From NCBI GenBank assembly GCA_046563655.1, contig CM102286.1, forward strand, positions 13,516,001-13,580,000: a stretch of 64,000 nt of DNA. The letters run 5' to 3'. The position numbers and the translations under genes were made by a program. Of the stretch, positions 1 to 13,306 are shown piece by piece; the stretch's first letter is position 1; each line of letters opens with the position of its first letter. Source of the DNA: Yuukianura sp. NJ FZ-2021 (lineage: Eukaryota). The notes under the pieces were generated by a model, which saw only the letters and a list, made by a program, of their open reading frames with translations, made no database searches and was not told where the DNA came from.

Positions 1-2147
1 TGTGAAGTGTGACTGACAATGTTATTGTTGGTGTTGATTGACATATCAAAGGAGTGATAAAAACAATCAGTTTTTTGCCTTTTGTTTTGTTTTGTTCTTT
101 TAAAAAGTCTAATTTTAAACTCCTTCGTTTAATTTTTTATTAAAAAAGTATTTCTTAAAAAGTTTTCCTATTTTTTAAAAAATGGGGAGCATTCTACGCA
201 GAAGTAAAAAGAAACGGAGCCGTAAGAAAAAAAAATACCGTTAATTAAGATATTTACTTTGAGAAAAACAATGATTGTTTTTCTCAGTAAATTAATTATT
301 AATTAACAAAAATAATTGGAAATTAAGGAATTGGATCAATTAAGTAATTAATTGGATCAATTCAACCATAGATCAAAAACTTGTTTGCCTTCATCTCCTG
401 TTTGTCAGTTTGTCATCTGCGCAGTAAAAAGTTCATTAGGAACTTACGAAACATGTTTGAATTTTTTAAAAAACTTGATTTTTAAGAAATCCGGTTAAAG
501 TGTCGCAGTGGAAATCAGTTTCAAAAAAATTTGACATTGTAAGTTGGAAGAATTTCGAACAAAAATTTAATTGACATCTCTTAATTAATGACATTTTCGT
601 TTCAACATTTTCGAATTTTTATCTTAGACGTGTTTTGTTCACCCCTAATTGCATTTTCTGTTGATAAAACCTAAATTGACACAGGAAACTTTTCTTTAAA
701 TGTTTTATATATTTTAAATTAATTGGAAATTTAGTAAATTGGGCCACAAAATTAAGTGGGATGTGGAGAAGTGTGCACGTGCAAAGGCGCCAACTTTTGA
801 TTTGTTGTGGAGATATTCGAAGTTTTGGTTTGCCACTTAAGGAAAAGGAAATGGAAATGGACGTTTACAAAGTAAGGCTAAGTGCGGCTATTATACAATG
901 AGTAATTGCAAGGTTTGACCTCTGATCTGCCCAAATTGCGTTTCATTCACTGCATCCATCAAATTTTAGCAACTTGGCCTTCAGTCAAAGGTCAAGCCAC
1001 AAAGTACAGCAAAGTAAACAACAAAAACTTAAAAAAACCTAACCTAACATTTCATTCTAAATGTTACCGAATTACAATTGGCCAAAATGGAAAACAAAAT
1101 TCAAGGAGTTTTCTTCTTTCAAAATTCAAGAAGAAAATTTTTCTTTAATTCAAAAAGTTTATGAAAGTTCAATGCCATCAAGTGAGGATTTTTGCTTCCA
1201 ATTTTCACTTTTTACCTACTATTTTTTTTTGTCAAAATCGCATTTTAGCACAAAATCATTGTCGATTTCCGCTTCATAGATTCATATTTTATTAGTTAAT
1301 TACTAAACTTCGTTAAGTAAACTCTGTTAGGTTAAACTTATGTTAGTCGCGTTACGCTTGATGTGAGCATAACCTAGTAATGTAAAGTTTGAAAAACTTC
1401 TAGCATTAGCATATGAATACCGTAACGAATTGACTTTTGAAATGGAAATTGGCAGTTTGGAGCCATGTAAGGAAAAACCTTTAAAAATGTTGTGCAATTG
1501 AGTTCAATTGAAATTCTTTTTTTTAAATTTGCACAGGAGTGTGGTAGTAGTAGTGCCATTAGGATTCAATGTCTGTTAGTAAACTGCTGTCCGTATTAAT
1601 TTTAGCTCTGCCCTCAATCTTTACATCCCAACAGACCTCTTTTACCTTGAGGTTTATGACAACCACTGGCAAAGGAATATCAATAGCCTATCCTATTAAA
1701 TACAAGGGGATACTAACGTTTACTATAATTTTAAGCCTAACTTTGACCTAACTATAGACTCAAATAGGATGCGGTATTTACTCAAAATTAACCACAGGCA
1801 GAACAAAACCTTTAGCATTTCCAGCACTCCATGCTTGTATCATATGTCAGTAGGCAGTCTAAGGTTAAGCTAAACCTTTGGCATTGTCCAGAGAGTGGTT
1901 TGGACAATTATAGAAGCCAGGCGCTAATTAAGCAGTGCTAATTTCTTAAGCACTGGCTTTTTAACCTGAAACACGGAAGGAGTTCATGCGTCGGTGAGTT
2001 GTTGAAGTGTTTGATCAGGAAGAGGCAAACAAGTTTTGGATTTGGACTTTTCAAGTGTTTTTGTGTGTTTAAGATCTTGAGAACTTTGTTTTGGTTTTTA
2101 AGTGTTAATTTTATAATTTTGAATTTTGAAAAGTGAAACTGGGCAAG

Positions 2148-4960
2148 ATGAGCGTTGGGTATGAAAGTTTTCTGTTGGACATTGAACCGCCGACACTCGG
2201 AACGGAGTATGCAGAAGCATCTAGTGATGACCTCAGTTCCGAATGGGACACAGACACGGAACCTACGCCAATCATTAAGGCAAATTAACTAACTTTAATT
2301 AACTTAAGTTAGTTAAGTTTTTGTTTTAGTCTTAACTTAGGTTTACCTAAAATCTACGTCATTTAGTTTATGCGTCACTTCCAAAATGAGTTTGTTACAT
2401 TGCGTTTTTAGCTCAAACTTTTTTCAACAAAAGAATTTCTACAAGAATTGAAAAAAAGTTGGGGGTTTCAGAGATTTTTTTTGAGAGGCTTGTGATTGTG
2501 TATTTTGTAGCGGCTTTGGTGGGTGTTAGGGATTTGAGCTGTTGTAAAATTCGTGAAATTTCAAAATTTTGGAAAAATTTGAACTTTTTTGATTGTTTTT
2601 TAGATTTCTCGATGGAAGACTGTTCGTCACATCTTCCACCAACTGACTCCGTTCATCCTGACGTACAAGAACTCCAAGTACCCATGGGTCCAATTAGCAG
2701 GGCATCAAGGCAACTTCAAACCGGGGGAGCAGCAAGGCACGATTCTCAAAAAGTTTAATGAAAAAGAGAAAGTGGCTCTGGAGCAACTAATGAACGACCC
2801 ACTCAAAGAATTCGTACCACAGTATTATGGAACAGTCAATGACGATGACAATGAGCAAGGTAACTTATTATATTAATTATTATTATTATATTAATATAGG
2901 TGAATCAGAAATTAACTTACAATTTAACACAATTTAACCAAAAGCTGGGGATTTGCCAAGGATGAGCAGAAGGAAGAGAAAATTCGCGTTAGACGAATTT
3001 TTCGTGCGTATTTCTTCCATAAAATACGCATGAAAAGTTTTGGAAAATTAATTTTTAAAAAACAGATTTTTTGAAAATTGTAATTTTAAAATTTTTGACG
3101 TAAAGTTTTGAAAGTACAATTTCAACCTTTCAAAGTCATTTTCTTTTCTAAAAATATAAACTCGTCATAATCCCAGCTGAGAAATGACGCAAGGCGCGTG
3201 TCGCCCGGAGAACTTTGGACTTTAAAGCTCATTTCCTTACTATTTTTCTGAAGTTTAACACGTTTGACCTTAGGTGACCTCTCGAGGGCATAATCTTGCC
3301 CGTAAATCAGAAATATTTACAAATACAAAAAAAAATCTTGACAAGGTCTACGGGAGGATATTACGTTTACAATTTTCCATTAAGCGAGGTGTAAATTAGT
3401 ACACGGAACCACTTTACGTGTTGTTATGCTCTTTCCGTGTTAATTTTTAAAATTTTGTAAACATTCTGTAAAATGGGTTTGCCAAAACTTAAATTGTTTT
3501 TTAAAGCATGTCGTAAAATGCGTGTCTAAAACGTGTAGACTAAAAATTGTTTCATTTTTGTTTATGTGATTTTCTACTTTTGACTTTTCAGAGTTTATCC
3601 AACTTCAGGATCTTTTAAGTCAATTTGACAATCCGTGTGTCATGGACTGTAAGATGGGCGTCCGGACGTACTTGGAAGACGAACTTCTCAAAGCCAAAGA
3701 AAAACCGAAGTTAAGGAAAGACATGTATGAGAAAATGTGTCAAATTGACCCAGCGGCCCCCACGCCCGAAGAACATCAGCTACGAGGAGTAACGAAACCT
3801 AGGTAAAATTTTAAAAATTTTGGCGGGAAAATACTGATGCTGATGATTAAAAGATGAAAATCCGCATTTTCAAATTTCAAAATTCTGTGTTTTGTGACGT
3901 GAAGAGAGGTCAAAAGTTTTTGTGTTCATTGTCTAGAATGTTTTTCTTAATAAAAGCGTGTCAAAAAGCTTTGTTGTTTTTCACATGTCAAAATTTTTTT
4001 TTAAATTTTGAATTTCCAATTTTTTTCCTTTTGATTTCACTTTGTACAAAAGGTGTGGGAGCCCATTGGCATTCTTGCGTCTAAAAAATTTCCTCTTGAT
4101 GACGCACTTTGAAAGTTTGATCTTTTCTTAAGATACGGCGGGTTAATTCAAATTTCAAAATGAAAAATAACGTGCTCTGCGTCCAATATAACAAAACTGT
4201 CACGTTTTTCTCTGTTTGTTGTGTAGATTGAAATTTCTCATGTATAATTTAAAACTCGTGTCATGCAGTACGAAAAAAACAACAACTTTTTTTTTGTTTT
4301 TTTTTGACAGCATGCTCGTAATTTTAAAATCTAATGAACATTTCAAAATTGGTGTGAGGTGAACATCCATAAATTTAAAAAATGAAAAGCTAATTAATTT
4401 TTTTTTTTTGAAAACAGGTACATGGTTTGGCGCGAAACGATTTCAACAACATCCACATTTGGATTTCGGATAGAAGGTGTACGGAAAAGTGATGGATTTT
4501 CATCCAAGGATTACAAAACTACAAAAACGGAAGAACAAGTTCGTGAAGCTTTTGGAAATTTTGTTGACGGTTTTCCACATGTACTGCCGCTGTACTTAAA
4601 AAGACTTCAAGAATTGAAAGAAGCTTTGCCAAAATCTCAATTTTTTGGATCCCATGAGGTACAGGACTTCAAAATTCTCAAAATGAAAATCAAAAATTCT
4701 CAAAATCCGTTTTCCAAAATTCAAATGTTGAAATTTGTTTTGTATTTCCACAGGCGATTGGAAGTTCCTTGCTATTTGTTCATGACAGTTCCAAAGCGTC
4801 TATCTGGATGATTGACTTTGCCAAGACATGTCCACTGCCTGAAGATGTTCCAGCCATAACACACGACAGTCCCTGGGTCGTCGGAAACCATGAAGATGGG
4901 TACCTCATAGGGGTCAACAACCTGCACAAGATTTTCAGCGATTTGGGGTCAAAGGAGTGA
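2148..4960 (+). CDS. IP3K2: Inositol-trisphosphate 3-kinase, 5 coding exons (~2148-2279, 2604-2859, 3592-3802, 4419-4657, 4754-4960)
   Basis: Spliced translation contains [24 protein letters not shown], the IP-kinase signature [28 protein letters not shown] and WMIDFAKT. First intron needs a GC donor. Confidence 0.93.
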
Positions 4961-6409
4961 CCCCGGGGGTCAAGCAAGTGAACCCCATGGGGTTTAGCGA
5001 GTGAACGCCGGGGATCAAGAAGAACCCCAAGGGTTCACAAGGGCCAAATCCTCCCTTCGCTGAGAAATGTACCCTTGAAGGGCTCATCGGCTAACCCATA
5101 TGGGTTTGTGGGGGCGGTTAACAATGTGGTACTGCTAGTGCTAAAAATGTTATACTTGGTTTTAAAACAGCTTTGTAATGTTAAGTGATGAAGGTACAAT
5201 TAGTTTTAATTTGTCAATTTAACTGTTAATTAAGTTTAAAGTTAAGCCTGTGTTTAGGTTAAGGACGATTTTAGTTTGCTACAACTCACTCATAGGTTTC
5301 TCTGTGTAGCTTTCTAACAGTTAACTTTTTTCATAGTTGACCTTTGACCAGTGATACCTCTACAACGCTTTACGGTGTCCCCAGTTTTTACTCACTTTTA
5401 GTGTTACTCTCACTACTTTACAGTTAATCCAGTTTTTTTTGTTTTGTCTAAAGCTAAATTAGCTTTGACGTTTGACGTTTTTTGGACAATGGGTTTTTGA
5501 AATTAAGCTAAAAACTTTTTAGTCAGCAACTGTCTCAAGAGGAATATTTTTCCACGTCTTCCGAGATGTAAAATTTGTCAAAGTGCAAAAACTTATGCGA
5601 AAGTTAAGTAAAACCTGACGTTACAACATAATCTAAATGGTTGCATTTAATTTGGTCAAAAACAATTTGGCCAAAAAGTGAAAAAGTCAAAAAGTGAGAT
5701 AATCAAAACATAAGAAAATGTATCACAGCCAAACCTTACGTATTAGTGCAACAGTTGACATTTTTAATTTTTGACCTTTTCACTTTTTGATTAAATTATT
5801 TCGACCATTTCACCTGTTACATTCCATGCCGTTGGTTCGGCTAAATTGGTTCAAAACTAAATGGTTCAAAAATTAGTTAAAAAACCTAACATAAATGGAC
5901 ATTGAACGTAATACTTTTGCACAATTGAAGCTTTTGAAATGCTGCGCCTTACCGGAACAATGAAAGTTGGCAGTAGCAAAAACAGCATGAAAATTGTTGA
6001 AAGTATTTTGTTCCTTATGATTAATTTTTGACTTAAAAATATAATGAGTACTTTGGCATTGAGGTGAAATAGAGTTAAAGTGGAAAATAAAGTGACAATT
6101 GGCTTGATCGTGACGTGACGCTGCAATTTTGGTAAGAAAAAATCTTGTTTTGAACGAACAGGTTTTTCTTTATTAGTATTTTTGTGAAATATAAGTTTTG
6201 CGATTCGCTGCAACTCAAAGCTTAACGGAATCGATTAGTCCAGTAATTTAGTTTCAAGTTCACTTCCAAAATGTTTTTGTAAAAATGAGGAAGATTTCAG
6301 GAATCCTTGAAATCAAAAGTATATAAGACTGAAGATGCTGCTTATTATTTAACGTTCGTTCAACACAACTACAAGACGAGATCAAAATAAGGCAGTAGTT
6401 TTCGGTGCA

Positions 6410-7022
6410 ATGAATTTGAAAAAGGTAAGATTTTTGTACCAATACTTTTTTTTGCTAAGAATTTTTGAAATTTTGAAATTCCATTTGGCTAATTTTGTCA
6501 TCCGTTTTTTAGATCTTTTGGTCGATTGCTTTGACCCTGGTTGGAATGCTGGCCATGCTTCCGGATTCGGGAGAAGGAGGAGGAGGCGGAGGAGGAGGCT
6601 ACGGCGCAGGGTTAGGAGGAGGAGGTCACGGCGGAGGAGGTGGAGGTGGATACGGTGGAGGAAAAGGAGGAGGAGGTTTCGGCGCGTTATTGGGAGGCAA
6701 AGGAGGTGGAGGTGGAGGATTTGGTGGTGGACACCGTGGCGGAGGTGGAGGATGGGGTGGCGGAGGATTTGGCGGTGGACGCGGTGGCGGAGGATTTGGC
6801 GGTGGACGCGGTGGCGGAGGATTTGGCGGTGGACGCGGTGGTGGAGGTGGCGGATACGGTGGAGGAAAGAAAGGAGGTGGAGGATTTGGTGGTGGAAAAG
6901 GAGGTGGTTTAGGCGCGTTGTTTGGAGGCAAGAAAGGTGGCGGTGGCGGACACGGTGGTGGTGGTAGAGGGTATGGTGGTGGACGCGGAGGAGGAGGGGG
7001 AGGTTGGAAAAGCGGCAAGTAA
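6410..7022 (+). CDS. Secreted glycine-rich peptide (exons 6410-6424, 6513-7022)
   Basis: MNLKK|gtaaga...ttttag|IFWSIALTLVGMLAMLPDSGEG forms a signal-peptide-like N-terminus, followed by ~145 aa of mostly Gly with F/Y/K/R/H, ending WKSGK*. Confidence 0.85.
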
Positions 7023-7580
7023 TCGGTTGAATTCTCCCGCCAGCTGAGCTGCTAATTGAACCAAGTTGAAGCTAAAAGTCTAAACTGAAGAAATTCCTTA
7101 AAAATTTCATTATTCTGAAATTTCAATTATAAAAACAATTAAAATAATCTGAATTATACGAAATTTTGTTTTAAATTCTTGTGTTGTTGATAAAGTCTGA
7201 ATTACGAAACACCAACAGTATAAAACGTTTACGCAAGTGGATGACTGAGTTTGAAAATTGAATTAGATTTCCAATCTCATAAAGTGTTGTTCCTACAAAA
7301 TTACATCTTACATCCTGCTAATTGTCTATTTAAGTTTAATTTCGTGATTGCTTAGCATTTTTCGAAATTCGTTGGTTATATATACTTTTTGAAATAAAGG
7401 GTTGTGCTGCCTGGAACTTCTGCAAACTGGGTGAATCTACAATTTACAGTTTTAGGTAAGCTATAGAGTTGAACTTGATAAACATTTTGGCAAGTAGCAA
7501 CGCTGCATGCAGAAGATGCAATTTTAAAAAACAACGTTATAAGTTGGATGGACGGATCGGATGCGATGCAACTTATTAAG

Positions 7581-7595
7581 CCGGAAGTGACGTCA
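7581..7595 (+). promoter_or_regulatory. Overlapping ETS + CRE composite motif CCGGAAGTGACGTCA
   Basis: Exact 15-mer ~0.9 kb upstream of the SOCS ATG. Confidence 0.5.
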
Positions 7596-8508
7596 GAGAA
7601 ATGAATGGAAGAGAGGGAGGGGTCCACGGGGGATAGAAGCGCTTACTATACTATCCATCCATTCACAAATTTAACTCAACTTATACACTTTATGTACAAT
7701 ACAGTCGTAGGGTTCACCATTCACCAGTTGAATCAATCCAAATGTGGGTTTTGAAATTGTATTAATGTGCTCTGAAAATATGTCAAAACTGTCTAACTGT
7801 CTTCAAACAGTATTATGTATAATGTAATTAGGTAGTAATTAAGTAATTCTGGTATAATGTAATACTTATTCTATTACCTAGTTACACATTAATGTAGTTG
7901 AATGCCCAGGGACTACTTAAACCTGCCATCATATACCCAACATCCTCCTCCCATCAACCCGTTCATAACCCAAAACACACCTTTTCTTCCTCAACCTCCC
8001 CACACTACACTGCACTTTAGCGAAGTGTCTCTCAATTACATTACATTTCATTCTCTTTTTTCAGTGGCCTTGGGTTATTCAGGTCACAACAGGTAACTTT
8101 CAATCAATTCAAAATCTGTTCAATAATCACAATGAAACATCACCATAAATTGGCCATCATCACTTTACGACCAATTCATCACTGAAACAGACTCCACATC
8201 CTCCAGCTCTCTCCGAAATTGAATCACACCAGACCACCGTTCAGTACTCCTTATTCATTATCATTATTCATCTCGTCGTTATACGTTCGAAATTAAACGT
8301 TGACTCATCAGAAAGAACAATCAGGCTATCCAGGAAGCAGTCAACCAGGTTACACAAAACTGGCTACGGCTAAGTGGTAAGGAATTCATAGTTCACTGAG
8401 TTATGGTGCTTAAGTCAGTGGGCACCAACCAAAACCCATTTCGGCGCATCAGGATTTGCCAAAGCGTTCTAAATTGATCACTATATAAATTACAGGGGAA
8501 GATTCTGA

Positions 8509-10110
8509 ATGGGACTCCGGATGTCAAAAATTTCTTACAAGATGAGCGAGGTTGAGCAGAAACTAGGCTACGTTCAAGATGGAGACAATGACGAAGTGGA
8601 CAAAGATACGGTTGTGCAGAACTCGTCAGAACCTGAAAATAAGGAAAATGCTGGAGTCAGTTCTGGACAAAGCCAGACTACATCAACTGAATCTGCGCTG
8701 AAGCAATCCGTTGTTCCAAGATCTTCGGCAGTAACGCCATCCACGAGTCAATATCACAGCAATAGTAGCCTTAGCAGTGGAAATGGGGACGTGTCATGTG
8801 TTCATCTATCATGGCCAAAGTCTGCCGCTGAAAAGATTGCACGTCGGCGTAAAGCCAAATCATTACAGATGACGAGAGAGGAACCACAACTGGAGAAATT
8901 GTCGACTAAAAAACCGAAGAGGAATTATCTAAAAGCAATTGCTGGAAGTTCTAAGAAGAAACCCGAGGGCGCTCGAGTAACCGACGGTGAATCTTCATTA
9001 GCAGTAGTAGCATCGGGTGGTGCATCGGCAGTACCTTCTACGTCTTGCGTTTGCACTGCTTATCGTCGTAGCAATTTGGAGCCGCAAGAACCAAGATTTG
9101 TTGTACCTGTACCTGGTTGTAGTATTGCAGTAATGCTTGAACCGATGTCTTTGGAACACAGTAAGAGTTACTCATAACATCTTTGCTTTTTTTGCTTTGC
9201 TCTTGCACTAAGTATTTGAAGATTTTCATTCATTTGTGGACAACTTATTTCAGGATTATCATCGCCACATGTTCTTGGTGTCTTCAATCCAGAAGATTAT
9301 CCAATTGAAGATGAAGACGAAAAGATGAGAAGGCAAAGAGCAAAAGAAATGTCGGAAGGGGTTGAATTGTCGGAGAAGTTCGGAATGCTGAACTTCAGCA
9401 AAGGCTCGTATCAACCAACAGCCCACTCACAGGTTGGTAATACTTATGCAACATCATGGTTGCAGTTTCAAGGTTCAGCATTTCAAGTGTTAAGTTATAA
9501 ACTTGTATTTTTTCTTGTCTAGATCGATTACATCCACGTTTTAGTTCCAGATCTCAAAGAGATTACAGCTTGTTCCTTTTACTGGGGCAAGATTGATAGA
9601 TATGCTGCCGAGAAATTATTGGAGGACAAGCCTGAAGGTACCTTTCTCCTCAGAGATTCTGCACAAGAGGAGTATTTGTTCTCCGTTAGCTTCCGGTACG
9701 TTTTCAAAATCCGATAACTCCAACTTTACTTCAACAAGTTAAGTCAAGAGTAACCTTGCATTTTAATTTTCAACAGGCGATACGGACGATCACTTCACGC
9801 CAGGATAGAGCAATGGGGACACGCTTTTTCATTTGACGCCCACGATCCATCAGTCTACTCCGCTCCAACCGTAACTGGACTAATTGAGCACTACAAAGAC
9901 CCCAGTTACTGCATGTTTTTTGAACCCATGTTGACCGTACGACTCCATCGCAACTTTACGTTCAGTCTCCAGCATCTCGCAAGATCCGTCATTTGTAACT
10001 CCAACACTTACGACTCTATCAGCACCTTGCCTCTTCCGAAGACCCTCAAGGACTACTGTCGTGAGTACCATTACAAGCAACGAGTCCGTGTGCGCAATCT
10101 TCCTGAATAG
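8509..10110 (+). CDS. SOCS5: Suppressor of cytokine signalling, SOCS4/5 (Socs36E-like); exons ~8509-9160, 9254-9432, 9523-9695, 9777-10110
   Basis: [55 protein letters not shown] (SH2 domain), C-terminal SOCS box [12 protein letters not shown]...[21 protein letters not shown]. Confidence 0.95.
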
Positions 10111-11604
10111 GCTTTTCAGCAGGAGATAGGGAACGGAAAATTAATTTCTAATTCACCTCTCGAAGCATAAGATATCTAAACTTTAATTCTAAAGTAGATG
10201 TTAATCGATCTTTATGAGGAGGAAAAAGTTGCAAAGTGCAGATTTCTCAGTTTCATGTTTAACGTTTTCCTAAATCTCAGGATATCGTTCGCTCAGCCCT
10301 TCCAGATTAAATTCGGATTTAAAAAAAGTAGGCTACTCCTCGTGTGATGAAATTTACCCACCCGTCTTTAGATTTACATTGTACTTCTTAAATCTAAAAA
10401 TCTAATTAATTGCATCTAAACTGTTCCGTTTCTTAGAAGTAAGATGAAATTTTTGATTAAGTTACCAAAAGCGAACAAGATAGGATACGAAAGTGTTTAA
10501 GATAAGGCAATAAGTGGGTTGTTTGAGGGTGACGGTGGACAGAAAATCGCTGATTTTATGTGTAAAGTTGTACTGGAGGAGATCAGCGTTATGTTGCGAA
10601 TTTGGTTCTCCAAAAAGTAGTTGGAGAGGATGTGATAAATGATCGGATTGGAACAAGTATTAGAACGTTAACTAAACATGAATTTAGTTAATCGTCCCGT
10701 GTACCCCAATTTAAGTTAGTTGAAACTTTGTTTCCAAAGTTGTCTGTCTTATTCCGTTGTGTTTTAGGTTACTAACCTAAAGAGTAACGTTAGGTTAGTA
10801 ACCTAAAGTTGACCTTGATTCAGAACTTTTGTCTTTCTTTTGTACTTCTCCCTCGTTTAACAAACGTCCTTTAGCTTTAAATATGGAACTTAGACTACAT
10901 TGGTCATCATGAAATAAAACCACAACAACAAAAATTCTCACCCAGCTTATTATTTTTAATATATTTAATTAACGGAATTCGATATTTTAAAGTGAGGTTA
11001 AGTTTGGCGCGGTGAACGATCGTAAAACGTTTATCTTTGTCTACAGAATCCGTTGAAGCAGGCATACGTACAGCATTCGAAGTTGTTCCAGCAGTGCATA
11101 CCAGGATAGCCACACTATAATTCAAAATCCAAGAATATTGCGTCCATTAGAAATGTCATTTTTAGATTGAATGTTGTACTTTTGTTTAAGTTAGTCTTAC
11201 CGCCATGGCTTCCGTTTCGGATGCTGCTAAAATTAAAACCAAAACCACCGACAGCGTAATTGCTAAAAATCTTCCGATTCTGTCCATTTTGAGAAGGAAA
11301 TTGCGACAAAGTGGTTTGTGTGCCACTTCAACTTAAGTACTGCGATCTTCAAAGACGAATAGTTTAGTATATGGCTAAACTTTTTGATAGTTCGATTGTT
11401 ATCGTAATCCTGCTGGAGCTACGGATAACAATTGATCGTAACTTTGGATAAAGGAAGTCCAAGACTGAATGAAGGCTAGTCGATTGTTTCAAATGTAAAG
11501 GCCAAAGAATGGCATAGACATTAAGTTAAAGCGAGGACATTCTGAAATTGACATTGACGTTCGAAGGACTCAACGTCTTTACTCTTCCGTTATGCAAAAT
11601 TAAA

Positions 11605-12634
11605 TTACAACAGGTCATCGAATACTTTCGTTTCTTCTGCGGTCAATTTGATATCTAGGGCGGCCAAGTCTTGTTGCATGTGCAACTTGTTTGTTGTTCC
11701 TGTCAGAGGCTAGAAACACAAGCAAATCAGAATTTAGCGGATTCAGAGGATTAGCCTTTTTTTTTTTTTAGAGAGAATTGGTAAAATCGCTTTAACTTAC
11801 TGTAATTGTTCCACTTTGAATCAAATAAGCGAAAAATATTTGCTCAGGCGTGTTTCCCCGCTTCTCGGCAATGTGTCGTACGTCTTTGTTTCGTAAGATT
11901 TCAGGGTTTGCACTCAGCGTCCAGAATGATTGGTAATAGATTCCCTTCTGCTTGCAAAATTCGCGTAAGCTTTTGTCATGACCAGTCTCGGCGTAAAAAC
12001 GATTCTGGAGCACTGCTGGCTTAACCTTGGCATCGTCATACAGTTTCTGGAATTCCTTGAGACTGTAGCAGTTGCTGAGTCCCAGTTGCCTAACTCTTCG
12101 GTTACCACTGACATCGGGTTCGAGGAATTCCTCGAAAGTTCTGCAAAATAGAGAATTCTTATACTAATTTTGAATTGCTAACTAGGTTTTGTAACTTTAC
12201 CTCCAAACTTGGATAGTTTCAGCGTAGCTACGCATTGGCGAGTGCAGAACAAGGCAATCAATGTAGGTCGTGCCCAAGTTCTGAAGGGATACAGCCAGTG
12301 ACTGTTGAACCTGCGTGGTGAGTGAAGCCTTCTTGTCATATGGAATGGTATGTGGATCCTGTCCATCTACCGAGGTGAACTTGGTTTGCAAGTATAAACT
12401 CTGTCTCGTGATTCCTTCGTTGGCCAAACGTCTGAGTGCTTCTCCAACGCCTTTTTCATTGTAATGTTTCGGCTGACATGCGGTATCGATCCCTTTAAAC
12501 CCACATTTGACAGCTTCTACGACTAAATCTGCTGTCCTTTCCTTCTTCCAGGCCGTTCCGTAGATGAGTCTTGGCATTTGAACGCCCGATAAACTTTTGA
12601 CGAAATGATTCGGATTTACAGCCGCATATGCCAT
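11605..12634 (-). CDS. Aldo-keto reductase of the GTAWKK/DTACQPKHY type; exons 12634-12201, 12140-11801, 11709-11605
   Basis: MPRLIYGTAWKKERT, GFKGIDTACQPKHYNE, LQTKFT, YIDCLVLHSP, LGLSNCY, VLQNRFY, YQSFWTL, PLTGTT. Both introns are GT-AG and phases join cleanly. Confidence 0.92.
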
Positions 12635-13306
12635 GTTGCTTTGTCGCTGGATGATCCAAAAGCACGGTTTGAGGATATCACGATTGTCCGTATCACAGCA
12701 TACACGACGTTATTACGAGACCTGCGAAATTAATTGGAGTATTAATTGAAATTACTTTGCTGTTATCCGTTCTGGAGAGTAGTCTGTTTCTTACCAAGAT
12801 CAGCTGATCAGCAATACCTTCCGCTTGTCAAGATTTCGCCGGTCATCAATCTTTTACATTCACTTTGTAAATTAATCAACTGTAAAGTAATTGTAATTAG
12901 TGTTTAACAGATGTCAACTACATAATTAAATCTCCTCTTTTTCGGTTTCTTCTTGATCTTGGAAAAAAAAAGTGAAAAATTCGGTTTGATTTTAAAGAGA
13001 AGTTTGATTTTCGCGCTTCAGAGAAATTTAAAGCGTCGGTCATTTCCTTAACCCAATCAAATAAAAATAATTTTGTTTCTTCTAAAATTTTGAAGACTGT
13101 CGTATTTTAGTTTTTTTTTTATATTACCACGGCGGAATAGTAGGAATTTTGTAACATTTGTAACAACAACGCAGTAAATACGTCGAGGAATTGAAAAGAA
13201 AGTTCCGGAAATTCTATCGTTGAGATCTCAGATCGATCGCGGTTGTGAGATCATCGTTGTTTCATTTCTACCAAAATTCAATTCGTTTAGATCATTTCCA
13301 TGAAAA

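Noticed and set aside
1..2100. Short ORFs at the window start
   Set aside because: AT-rich, low-information translations; probably IP3K upstream or intronic sequence.
6626..7018. Proline-rich minus-strand ORF and the Arg/Trp- and Val/Glu-rich alternative plus frames
   Set aside because: Shadows of the GGN-codon Gly-rich gene; only the Gly frame has a spliced signal peptide.
6570..7022. Springtail-type glycine-rich antifreeze protein
   Set aside because: Those use regular Gly-X-X tripeptides rich in Ala; this has poly-Gly runs with aromatic and basic residues.
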